Origin: Protoeuglena noctilucae
Taxonomy: Eukaryota
DNA length: 64,000 bases
Direction of reading: 5' to 3'
Assembly (NCBI GenBank): GCA_958009085.1
Contig: OY253681.1
Coordinates: 372,001-436,000, forward strand
Shown here one piece after another: positions 1-11,157 of the stretch (position 1 is its first letter; each line of letters opens with the position of its first letter). Below the pieces are notes generated by a model. The model was not told the origin of the DNA. It saw only the letters and a list, made by a program, of their open reading frames with translations, and did no database searches. The translations under genes and the position numbers were made by a program.

Positions 1-517
1 GTGGCCCTCCGCGTGCGCTGCCTGAAGCGCTGCACGGAAGGCAGTCACGCCGAGGGACTCCGGGGTCACGAAGAGGACTCGGAACGTCGGCGATTTCGAT
101 CGGAGATCGCTGATGATCGCGGCTCGTTCTGATTCCGTCCTGCGGGCGCGCGCCATAGCGCAGTGGGGAGCCAGCAGCGCAAGCGTGTACCGATGCCGCG
201 CCAGGCCGTCCGCTTCGGCACCTGGATGAGCAGAAATAGTCCGCGGCGATCCCCTTCGTGCGCAGCTGTTGAGTCTGGCTCGTCATCAGCGCGATGAGGG
301 GGGAAATCACGAGCGTGAGTTTCCCCGTGACACAGCTCGGCACCGTGAAGCACAGTGACTTCCCTGCGCCTGTCGGCATGAGAACGAACACATCGCGGCG
401 CTGCAAGGCTGCTAGGATGGCATCTTCCTGCCCAGGGCGCCACGCCGTGTGCCCCAATTCCGACCGGACACGCTGGGCTCGGCTGCGCAAAACAGCGAGC
501 CCCTCGCCGCCAGACAT
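1..517 (-). CDS. RecQ-family ATP-dependent DNA helicase, 5' part (continues beyond the window start)
   Basis: Absent from the ORF track because there is no stop inside the window. ATG at 517 gives MSGGEG...WRPGQEDAILAALQRRDVFVLMPTGAGKSLCF (motif I) ...LTLVISPLIALM (motif Ia) ...GIAA. GT-AG intron 221-140, then RTESERAAIISDLRSKSPTFRVLFVTPE, a RecQ-type segment. Confidence 0.9.
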   Translation of the reverse strand, partial: MSGGEGLAVLRSRAQRVRSELGHTAWRPGQEDAILAALQRRDVFVLMPTGAGKSLCFTVPSCVTGKLTLVISPLIALMTSQTQQLRTKGIAADYFCSSRCRSGRPGAASVHACAAGSPLRYGARPQDGIRTSRDHQRSPIEIADVPSPLRDPGVPRRDCLPCSASGSARGGP

Positions 518-744
518 TGGCGAGAGCTTAGGTCAGGCGCCATGGGCGGCGCTGAGACTGCGCCGTGCGTCCTCGCGGCTAGCCCTGTGAGGGCTGGCGC
601 GACGTGTCGTCAGTAGGTTTCACCTCTGTGCTGCACGCCGACGCCTGCCGTCACTTTAGCCACCTCTGATTCATCCTTGCGCCTATTGTGTCCCGTGACA
701 CATCTCCTGCGACGGTGGCGACGGGCAGGACTGCATCGCGCGCG
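518..744. promoter_or_regulatory. Putative bidirectional promoter between divergent RecQ and FHY/RFK genes
   Basis: Only 227 bp separate the two divergent ATGs (517 minus, 745 plus). Inferred from geometry; no motif identified. Confidence 0.5.
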
Positions 745-2437
745 ATGGGCGACCGCGTGCCGTTCCGCCGGCCCCGCGCCGTGATTTTCGACCTGGACGG
801 CCTTCTCGTGGACACGGAGAGCCTCTGCAGGGAGGTGGCGCAACAGATTTGCGAGGAGCATGGCCGCACGCTTACGCCCGAGGTCCATGCGCAATGCGTG
901 GGCCTGCGGCCGGTGGAGTCGTGGCGGAGCCTCGCCGAGCGTCTCCAGATCCCGATGACGGGGGAGGTGCTGTACGAGCAGACGGAGGCGACGCTATACG
1001 ACAGGTTCACGGAGGCCAAGACGCTCCCGGGATCCGCCAGGCTCGTCCACCATCTCAAGGCCGCGGGCATCCCCCTGGGCTTGGCCACGAGCTCGTCCCG
1101 GAGAGGAGCGGAGCGGAAGCTGGCGGGCCGGGGGCTGCTGGAGGCCTTTGACGCCGTGGGTGAGGACCGCCGCTTGCCTTGCAGCGGAAACCGCATCCGC
1201 ATCAATAATGCAGTGTGGCACTCACCCACGTCCTCCCTTCGTCTCGATACGCAGTGTGCGGAGACGACGTGCCGCAGTCCAAGCCGTCCCCGGACGTGTA
1301 TCTCGCTTGCGCGGAGGCCCTCGGCGTCGATCCTCGAGACGCCCTCGCCTTTGAGGACGCGCCGAGCGGGGTGACAGCAGCCACGGCAGCGGGGATGCGC
1401 GTGGTGGTGGTGCCGAGCGTGCGGCAGAGGGGTGAGGATGGGACAGCGATGGTGCATAGGGCTGTGTTTGCATCTCCGCCATGCTTTGTCACTCAGCGTC
1501 ACTTCTTACAACACCCACGCGCACCCACGCTCGCCATGCACGTCGCACGCCATGCTACTGCGCCCCGCCCCCGCAGACTCGTACCCAGAGGCGGACGCGA
1601 CTGCGGACATCGGTGCCGTTCTCACGCTGACGTCACTGCTGGATTTCTTGCCAGAGGACTTCGGCCTCCCGCGATTCGATGACCTCGTCTGCGGGACGGT
1701 GCCGCTGCTGCCGCCCTGGGAGCTGCGGGGGACCGTTGTGAAGGGCTTCGGGAGGGGCTCTAAGGTCCTGGGCATCCCCACTGCGAACCTCGACCCCGCT
1801 GCCCTCAAGGCGAGAGCAACACGCATGCATGCTGGTCGCTGTGCACAGTGCCCAGTGCCTAACTCTGACCCATGGCTTCATGCTGCTGGGCTAGGGGCAC
1901 GCGTGACACGTGTCCCCATATTTGCCTTGCTTGGCACCTCACTCAGTGGCCTTGCTTGTCGCCTCACGCAGGGCACTGAGGTGGGCGACGCAGTGTGCGG
2001 CATCTACTACGGCGTGGCATCGGTGGGGACCAGCGAGGACGTTCACGTGACGGCTCTGAGTATCGGATGGAACCCCGTGTTTGAAAATGAGTCCAAGACC
2101 GTCGAGCCATGGATCCTGCACGACTTCGGGAGGGACTTCTACGGGGAAGAGTTACGGTGACTGGCTGCGTGGCTGCGTGCGTGACTGGCTGCATGACTGT
2201 GGGGCAGCTGGGCCAGTGGGGCATCGCAACCACGGCCTGCCCACCCATCAGCTCTGTCTCCCTGCACCTCCACGCAGCCTCCTCGTGTGTGGGTACATCC
2301 GCCCCGAGTCTCACTTCCCATCGCTGGACGCGCTCATTGCGAGGATCCACGAGGACGGGGAGGTGGCCAAGAGAGCCATGGGCGACCAAAGCATGGCCAA
2401 GTGCTGGGCGAACCCCACCTTGCGACCCAAGACGTAG
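745..2437 (+). CDS. FHY/RFK: Bifunctional FMN phosphatase (HAD)/riboflavin kinase, 5 exons
   Basis: HAD motifs FDLDGLLVDTE, LATSS, KPSPDVY, FEDAPSG, followed by riboflavin kinase motifs VVKGFGRGSKVLGIPTAN, SIGWNP, VEPWILHDF, GYIRPE. Exons 745-1159, 1255-1431, 1577-1809, 1972-2156, 2278-2437 are phase-consistent; intron 3 is GC-AG. Confidence 0.93.
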
Positions 2438-2636
2438 CGAAAGGGATGGGTCGTGTCACGGGGGATTAGCGCCAACGGCTGACGTGACGCAATGGTGGGG
2501 GCCAACAACGTCATTTGAATGCGATCGGACGCCTCGCCCATGCTATCAACGACTGGGGCTGGACGCTCCTCTCGGTGCTATCGAGGTCAGGGTGATGTCA
2601 GGGGTGTAGCTGCACGAACTGCGCCGCTGGCCTATC

Positions 2637-4663
2637 TCAGGCGTGCGGCTGCGCTGGCTGCGCCACTGCCGCCTCCTGGCTCTCTGGCCTGGCCGCGCTG
2701 CCCAGCGACCGCACCGCCATCTTGAGCGCCCCGTCGTACGTGACATTTCCACCGATGAAGCCAGACGCGTGAACGAACGTGCACCCCGGGATGCCAGACA
2801 CCTGCTCCAGCACCGAGCCCCGCAGGCCCCGCCACTCGGCGTGGAGCCCGCAGCGCAAGTCGAAGCCGCCGGGCATGTTGACGGCCTGCGGTGAGACATG
2901 GCGCGGCATTTACACGCACCCGCGCACAGCAACAGTCGCGGTGTCCCTCGATAACCCTTGGACACTTGCCCTGCCCAAACCCGTACTCGACTTCGCATCT
3001 TGCTTGCCCCACCTGCACCCTCCACATGTTCTCCTTCTCGTCCTTGTAGAGCACGAATAACACGCGCTCGCTGTCCTCCAAACCCATGGCGTTCTCGGCG
3101 TCTAACAAGTGCTCCTTCCACGGGCACGCCTTCTGCATTCGTCGCGGGAGCACTTGACTTACAACGCGTTTCGACAGCCCTGCCTGCGCCCTTCACAGCA
3201 GCTCAACACAAACGCATACCCGCCATGTCATGCCAACACCCCGCGGCCCAGTGTTGGCCAAACACGCAGAGAGCTTGGGAAGCCCACAAGGCACAGCGAA
3301 GCGTGTATAGCGATGCTCGGCCTGACCCACTCACGTCGAGCCGAATGATGCTCTTGCTGGGGTGCACCTCGGCCCTCGCTTCGATCGCCCGCTGCACGAT
3401 CTGCCTCGCTGGCACCCAGCACTTGGCCCAGTAGTCCACCTCGTCCAGAAACTCACGGCCGCACATTTCGCTCGCTTTTTGGAACCTGGGAGCGCGAGCT
3501 GACCAGGGAGTCACACAGAGCAGTGTCATGGCAACAAGCTGTCTCACGACTCACGGCTGCGTTACACGACCATGGCTGTGCCCCAACCGTGGCTGCGTTA
3601 CACGACCATGGGTGTGCCCCAACCGTGGCTGCGTTACAACAATAACTGTGTTGCACAGCCATGGCCGCAATTGCAGTAGCAACGCCCACCTCCGGTCATA
3701 CTCGTCGTTGTCGGCGTCCTCGTTCCACCAGGGATTCAACCGGGAGACCCGCGATCCCAGGTCCGTGTTGATCTCGTACTGCGAGGGCACAGTGGCGAAG
3801 GGAACAGCGTAGCGAGAGACACGCAGCCATCGGCCACCGTCGCAGCCCACAGGACAGCCACAACAGCTAAGCTCACACCAAACCATCACCAGCCATTATC
3901 AATCATTGTGCCCATCACCAACCACTCACGCGATGGGGCACCCCGGGGTCGTATTGATTGAGGCCGTTGTCCACGCCATCGATGGCCGCAATGAAACTTT
4001 TGTATATCCGCTTGAACACCTCGTCCACCACGGGGTCGTCTCTTGACAGTCCCAGTCGCCCTGCGATGATCTCCTTGCCGAAGTGCTTGTAGACGAGGCC
4101 AGCTGAGGAAAGGCGGATCGTGTACCCGTCCCCCAACACCTCCTCGAAGCCCCGCTGGTGGTGGTCGTAACGATGGGTGGAGGGGTCGTAAACGGACCCC
4201 ACGTCGATGACCGCGTCCAAGTCCTGCGATAGATGGCCCAAGCGACAGATGGCCTGGCTGGTAGATGCACTGGTAGCTAGTATGCGGCCCACTGCTTAAT
4301 TCGTGGCCAGCGCGGCGCGGATGCGCAGTGGCGGCGGTGCGCCAAGCTCCGCACCTTCAGAATAACCGGATCCCTCGTCCGCACCACCTCCGCGTCTCTA
4401 AATAGCTCCGTCTGGCTGCGGGCACGGGCGCACGGCATGAATTTGTGCATGGGGGATGACCGGCGGCGCGCTCGGTCCATCAGGCTCATCTATCAGTCTC
4501 ACCGCAGCAAAAATATGCCCAGCGCCTCGTCGCAGTGGAACCCGCCGCTGTGCGTCCCTATCCGCGGGGGCGCCGAGCGCTTGGTCCCCATCCCCGCCCT
4601 GCCGGCTTGCACCGGCCTCAACAACTGCAATCTAGCACGGCACGCTACGCTACGAAGCCACAT
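2637..4663 (-). CDS. MYG1: MYG1 (UPF0160) exonuclease, 7 exons, with putative N-terminal targeting peptide
   Basis: IGTHSGGFHCDEAL, VVRTRDP, DVGSVYDP..RYDHHQRGF, LSSAGLVYKHFG, IDGVDNG, SRVSRLNPWWN, CPWKEHL, WRGLR, FVHASGFIGGN motifs. In-frame ATGs at 4663 and 4591. Confidence 0.93.
3555..3638. repeat. Intronic 36-bp tandem repeat, ~2.3 copies
   Basis: GGCTGCGTTACACGACCATGG(C/G)TGTGCCCCAACCGT at 3555 and 3591, partial third copy at 3627; inside a MYG1 intron. Confidence 0.9.
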
Positions 4664-5782
4664 CAAGGCGCCACCGCGCCTGGCCTGCCGCTGCCGCCCA
4701 AATCGCCGGGGCGGCGTGTCGTGAGGCGCGTGATTCGCTGAGGAGGCTCGATTCCCCCGGTTGGGACAACGAGCTAGCCATGTGTGGAGCAAAAGGCAGC
4801 ATTATCGCTATCCAGCCTGCAGGCAAGCGCAGGGGAGTGAGAAGTGTCTGGCAGCGCGACGCCGCAAGCGGTCTCGTCGCCTGATCTCGAGACGGGGGCC
4901 CGGGACCCTCGCAAAGCCCGCGTCGCGACCTTCTCCGCCCCCCCGTGGCGCACGTACTTACGTCCTGGACACCGGGAGTCGAGGTGGGCTGCTGTCCTTT
5001 ACTGCCGCGGCTGCCGCGGCATCATGGCGGGACGCGCGCCCAGAGCGTCGTGCCTGTGTCTCCAGACGAAAGTCGCACCCTGGCTTTTATCAAATGCCCG
5101 GAAGCTAGCTGCGGTCAGGGCCAGACGCGCCCGCTGGGCGGAACGCCTCGCTTTTCCTCCCTGGGGTGGGCTGACCTGCTGGCTGAAGCTTTGCGCGGAG
5201 TTTTGCGCGCCCTGAAGAGTTTGCGGCCTCAATCGTCTCCCGTATTGTCGACGTCTCGCTGCGTAGCCTCCCGCTCCCGCGCGGGGAGCTGGTGGGGTTT
5301 GGTCGCGTTGAGTCGGCGCGCCCCGCCAGGCGCCTTTCGCGGAAGCGCGGGTGGCCAGCGACGTTTGTCCGCTCATTTCCGTGGGTACGGAGGTGTCGGC
5401 CGAGGCATCGGCGGCGTATCCGGACTGCAATCACGTCCGCCCTCCTCTGCACGCTTTTGACCGTCTCGGGCCAGTCTAGCGCCTATCTTTGCACGGACTG
5501 GGACGATGGCGCTCACCAGTTGCCTCTCGCGACCCAGATGGCTGGCCCGGGCGCTCTTGACCCCGCATGCTGGCCGCATTCCCGTCCGTGCAAGCGCTGC
5601 CAGCTCTGGCCTCCCCGCGAGGATTTCTTCGGCCCGTTGGTCGCCCATACGCTTTGATTATCATACGCGATGCAACGCGGGCATCGCTTGCGCTTTCCGC
5701 GGCGCCGTTCTGTCGTTGGGAGGGGCGATCCGCAGACCACCGCTCCGCGCCACCGCGCCCGCAGGCGAGAGACGGGCGCAGC

Positions 5783-6955
5783 ATGTCGGACACCTGGAAG
5801 ACGGTGAAGCCATACTTTAACGGTGGCATGTCGGGGATGCTGGCCACGTGTTGCATCCAGCCCATTGACATGGTCAAGGTCCGCATCCAGCTGGGTGCCA
5901 CGGGGAGCCCCATTGGCATCGCTTCGCAAATTATCAAGGAGGAGGGGTTCGGGAGCCTTTACAAGGGTCTGGTGAGCCGGCGATCCGCGGCGCGGCGCCT
6001 GGTGGCCGAGGGAGGGGTGAGTCGAGAGTGACGACGTGGCAACGGGGGCCGTATGTGTGCGTTTTGGCCCCGCAGTCGGCTGGTCTGCTGCGTCAGGCGA
6101 CGTACACGACGACGCGCATGGGTATCTTCAACAACCTGAACACCAGGCTCCAGGAGATGAACAAGGGCAACGAGAACGGCGGGAAGGTCCCCATTTGGCA
6201 AAACGCCGTGGCGGGGCAGGTGGCGGGCGGTATCGGGGCGGTGGTGGGCAACCCGGCGGACCTCTCGCTCATCCGGATGCAGGCGGACGGGACGTTACCG
6301 CCCGGTGAGGCCCGCGTGCCGATTGCGGGGAGGTCGCCACCCGCCGCCGCGCCTGGCCTCACCGTCACGCTGCTGTCCCGTATGCAGAGAAGCGCCGGGG
6401 TTACAAGAACGTCGGGGATGCGTTCGTGCGGATCGTGCGCGAGGAGGGCTTCGGCGGCCTTTTCAAGGGGTGCGGGCCCACGGTGGTGCGCGCCATGGCG
6501 CTCAACATGGGCATGTTCGCGTCCAACGAGTTCGCCAAGGACGCGGTCGAGTCCATGGGCATGGCCAAGGGCACGACGGGCAACAACCTCACCGCGGCGC
6601 TCGTCTCCGGGTTCTTTGCGAGCGCCTGCTCGCTGCCGTTTGACTACGTCAAGACGCAGATCCAGAAGATGCAGCCCCTGCCGGACGGCACCATGCCCTA
6701 CAAGGGCTTAGTCGGTGAGCATAGCAAGTGCATGCGGAGACGGTGCCTGCTTGTCGCGAGGGAGAGGGCCGGCGCGAATCCCGGTCTGGCTCGCGTCCTC
6801 TCGCAGACTGCGCGGTGCAGACGGTCAGGCAGCACGGCCCGCTCCGCTTCTACAAGGGCTTCCCGACGTTCTACGTGCGCATCGGGCCGCACGTGACGCT
6901 CACGCTCCTGTTCGCCACCGCCATCGCGGATTTCGAGAAGTCGATTGGGCTTTGA
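5783..6955 (+). CDS. DTC: Mitochondrial carrier, dicarboxylate/tricarboxylate (2-oxoglutarate/malate) type, 4 exons
   Basis: Three carrier signatures: QPIDMVKVRIQL, NPADLSLIRMQAD, LPFDYVKTQIQKM. Also SAGLLRQATYTTTRMG, PTVVRAMALNMGM, FYKGFPTFYVRIGPH. Confidence 0.9.
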
Positions 6956-7144
6956 TCGCTGTGCGGGGGGCAGCCGGGGCGCCGGCGATGCGTGCGTGTT
7001 GCTGGCGCGGTAGAGACTGTGAATCGTTTGCCGGGTGCGTGCTAAGACCAGCAGCCGAGCGAAACGCGTCGCCTGACATCGGGGAGGGCAAAGCGGCAGG
7101 CGGCGTCGCGCACATAGATTGTCCCACGGGCTGCCGCGCCACGG

Positions 7145-8921
7145 ATGCGTTATTCTTTGTCAGAAGAACTCGATCAGAAGCACAAGCCGCGCTTTGTCTC
7201 TCTCGAGCAAAGCCTGGGCCCACGAGCTGCGAAGATGCACGCGCTCTCGAAGCGCTACGAGGGCAGCACCACGGATCATGTTGTTATGGCGGTGCTCGCC
7301 GTGCTGGCCATTGGGGAGGTGTGTATTTACCTCGCGTGGATGCACGTCAACTGGACGGGCAACGGGGACCACCTTGGCATGCCCATCAGCTCGCGACACG
7401 ACGACAGGGGATTGGTGAAGGGACGAGTGTCGCGCAGGAGGGTGAGCCACCATGATTCTGCTTGTGCTGTCGCGCAAGCAAGCGCGCGAGTGTGTGCGCA
7501 TGCATTTGCATGCGGCGTGCGCATCGCGACCGCATCCTACGCAGTTTCCATCGGATCGGATAAATCGAAGAACGATATTGCTCTCGCCTCCGCGGCGAGG
7601 CGGGATACGCCGCGCTTTGCCGAAATCGACCTCCCTTGTCGCCGGCGCAGGCGTGGCTCCAGCGGGTTCTCTCGTATACGGCGGACCGACGCGAGATCGC
7701 GAAGCGGCCATGGGTAGCCCTCACGTCGAGCCTCAGCCATCAGAACGGCCTCGCCTTGGTCCTCAACGTCGTTATGCCACTCGAGTGCATCAGGTGTGCC
7801 ACGGTGGGCAAGACATGTATGAGCTGAAGCCGCTCGCTGTTCGGCAACACAGCCAGGTCATTGTCCGCAGAATTCTGCACAACGAGGACGGATGGCGGAT
7901 GGCGCCTCTCGCAGTCATCGCGTACGTGGGCGGGGCCGTGGGAAGCATGCTCACCCACATGCTCGCCAGCCACCGAGGACAGGTGCGTCTTCGTCGCACG
8001 AGCCGCTCTCGCACGCAGTCTCCCTAGCCCGGCGGACGGTTGCCTGCACGGCAGTGCCGAAGGCTTGCAACCGTGCGCACCCGCGTGCGCATATCGCAGG
8101 TCATGGGTGGCGAGGGTCCGGCCACAGCAGTCACCATCATCTACACCATGTTCCAAGTCGAGATGTACTTCCGTGCAAACTCCGCGATGGCCTTCACGTC
8201 TGCCATGCACAAGCCCATGCCACTGCACTACTTCACGCTCCCGGTCGCGTTCGTGGTGGGATCCGTGGCGCACATCGCCATCACGCGCCAGCCCGCTCTC
8301 CTCCTCTCGCACCTGGGCGGCGTCCTGGGCTTCGCCCTGGCCCTCGGCGCCGCCGTGTGCTTCGTGTTCCTGGACTTTGCAGAGCACTACGCGTTCGGAG
8401 GAGCGCTGACGGCCCTGGGCGCGCTCCTCGTGGCCGTGTGGCTCGCCGGCAAGCTCTTCCCGGCCATCAGCAACCTCGACATTGGCGGCATCGGCGGCCA
8501 GGCGGGGCTCAAGGCAGGGGACGGCATCGTAGCCCCCGCGCCCGCCCACGCCCTCTCGGAGCTCCGCCGGATGCACAGCACCCTGGAGGAGCGGGACAGG
8601 CAGCTCCAGGACCTGCGGGCGCGCCTCAGCATCCTTGCTCAGGATGGCTCGCCGGAGGGGCTGCAGGCCCTGCGGTCCTTCGCAGCGAGCGCGAGTGCTA
8701 GCGTGGGGGCGCGCGGGAGCCCATCGGTGTCCCGGCAGGTCTCCCCCGTGGGCGTGACGTGCGAGCTGCGGCGGAGTGGCACCGTGGTGGACGAGGGGAC
8801 CCGGAGCAACAGCCCCACGTCGCACCTCGGGCAGCCCGCCCGCTCTGTGACACTCCCAGGATACCATGCGCCCCTCCCTGCCACGGCGGCCGCACCCACG
8901 GCAAAGTGGGACTGGGCATGA
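7145..8921 (+). CDS. Rhomboid-superfamily membrane protein (probably catalytically inactive) with C-terminal coiled coil and low-complexity tail, 4 exons
   Basis: RPWVALTSSLSHQNGLALVLN, YVGGAVGS, VMGGEGPA (GxSG position), SHLGGVLG; several hydrophobic segments; heptad region LRRMHSTLEERDRQLQDLRARLSIL. Three GT-AG introns are phase-consistent. Confidence 0.7.
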
Positions 8922-9412
8922 CGGCGCCCGGCTGAGTAGAACGAGCGAGTAGGAAGCAGAAGCAGCAGATAAGCCCTTTCCTTTTGCTTTCGTTTGGGTA
9001 GAACTCTAGGGAAGTGTTGGCCGCGCAGGTGCACGCATGATGCCTCTAGTCACTGCCCCGCCTTGCTTGCAAAACGCCTGCCTGTGACCTCGTGACGCTG
9101 CGTTCCCACACCACTGTCCTGTTCCTTCAATAAGCAACAAGACTTTCACTGAAACCGCCCTTGCTGAAAGAGCAGTGCCACTGCCCTCCAGTGGCGCAGA
9201 CGAGCTGCGCATCGGCAAGCCTGGGGGCCCTGAACGGCGACGCACTGGGCTGAACGTGCAAGAGGAGATGTACGCGAGAGTTCCGAGTGGCACACTGGGC
9301 TAGGTGTAGGTGCTGAGAGGCCCGGGCAACAAGTGGCGAGTGGCGAGTCGCGTGGCGCAGTAGCCAAAGTGACACGCGCTCCACCAGAGAGCGCACGCAT
9401 GGCCAACGACAC

Positions 9413-11157
9413 CTAATCGTCCATGTCGAGTTTCTCGTCGTCGCTCGCGAAGGCGTCCTCCGCAGAGCCCCCGCTGCTCATACTCGATGCGTCGTCGCCA
9501 TCCTCGCCCTTTTCCTCCTTGGTGGCCTTCGCCGTGCCCTGCGGCCAACACACGCGCGCGGAATGATGCATATCTGATTCATTGCTGATATCGTCGATCC
9601 CGAAGGAATCCCTCGCGTCGGGCATGAGCCGCCAGCAGCTCGCTCGCTCGCCTTCGTCGGCTGCTGAGGGCGCGCTCCCAGCATCTCCGGCAGAGCGTAT
9701 CGCTGGATGTACTCCTTGACTTTGCGGTTGTACGTCTCCGGATCCCGCATCAAGAGGGACGCGGCCTCGTTGTTGAGAGGGTCCGAAGGGTTGGGGTACA
9801 GCAGGAGCTGCGGGGATCGAGCCGTCGGTCGTCATCCCACACATCACGATGCCGCACATGGATGCAACAATCTAGCAGCGCACGATGCGCTCTGCCAGGC
9901 GCGGGCTGCTGGGTATATGCACCCAACAGCCGCCACAGCACAACGCCTACGTTGCCCCACCACCCCTTCGTATCCACTTGCCTGGGGCAGGAAGGTCTCG
10001 AAAACGTTGATGAGATCGAACATGGGCGACCACGTGTGGTTGATGACGTCCAGGCACACGGAACCGCCCCCCTCGTCCACGTTCGGGTGGTAAATCTTGT
10101 TGCCGAACCCGATGGAGGGCGACTTGTACGGGTAGGCCTGCACGAAAACGACGCGCGTTCCATCGCGCACGTATTTACGGACAGCATCTGAGAGCGTTGC
10201 ACTCGTACGCGCCCCACGGGGCCGCACCTCGGGTAGCTCAACGCGGACCTTCCACAAACCCCCTTCGTAGGGGCTTCCCGCGGGGCCCCTGAACTCGACG
10301 TACATCTCGTTGATGTTGTCGTTCACCAGCTCCACCTTATAGTCGCTCATCATGAGCCTGCGTGCCCAAAGCAGGGTGGTGCTGTTGGCGGTCCCGCCGA
10401 GGGACGCGGGGCCGCCCGCGGCGCGAGCGGCCCTCTGCATTCGTCTCTTCTGCATCTGAAACCACGCGTGCGGTGTGAAAACGGGTCCCGGCCCTTCCGC
10501 GGTGCGGCCCTGCACCCAGGAAGCGCACGCCTAGCCCAAGGCCCCGTACGCCGTGGCGTCGGCGACGTCGGCGGCAGAGACGGACGCGGTCAACAACGAA
10601 GGGGTAGGCACGAACAAAGACGGTTCCCGAAAACCATCTGAGCCGCGCCGCCAAGAGGCGTCCCGCTGCATCGAGATGGGACCAAAGCTCGTCCCGGCGG
10701 GGTCGCGGGAGGGCGCGTTCGCAGCAGCTAGATCAGCGAGAGGTTGCGACCGCCTACGAGAGCGAGCAGACGCGTCGAGATAGGCGCCTCGCGCCCCCGA
10801 AACGCGCTTCCCTTCCAAGTCAGCTGGCGCGGGGCGCCCGGCGTCCGCGTGCGGAGAACGACCCCGAAACAGCACAACCCGAGGTCATCGATGCAAATGA
10901 GCCACGAAATTGAGCAAGAGGCACGGTCGCGGGCTGCCGTCGCGGAGAACGGGGCTGCCCGAGGTCGAGTCCCGAGCTCCGCGCTCCCCCGCGACGCGCG
11001 ATGCCCCCGAACACGCGCCGCGAGGCACAGTTATGACGAACAAGCTCCCGAAACGACCGATGCCGGCGCCGCGTCGCCGCTTTGGGCAGAGCTGCCCATC
11101 CAGGGGGGTTGCTCACTTGTACACATCCTGCTCCCTCCTCTTCGACGGGGAGGCCAT
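9413..11157 (-). CDS. UBE2H: Ubiquitin-conjugating enzyme E2, UBE2H/Ubc8 (plant UBC4-6) type, 5 exons
   Basis: Exon 1 (11157-11117) [14 protein letters not shown] splices to [49 protein letters not shown] (catalytic Cys), [12 protein letters not shown]; acidic tail ending DDEKLDMDD. Two GC-AG introns (donors 9981, 9651). Confidence 0.93.

Noticed and set aside
518..744. FMN or TPP riboswitch near the riboflavin kinase gene
   Set aside because: No conserved riboswitch motifs visible.
10358..10590. Alternative UBE2H starts (MQKRRMQR at about 10455, or a non-AUG SPTPRR leader)
   Set aside because: A far better exon 1 ([14 protein letters not shown] with a GT donor) exists at 11157-11117.
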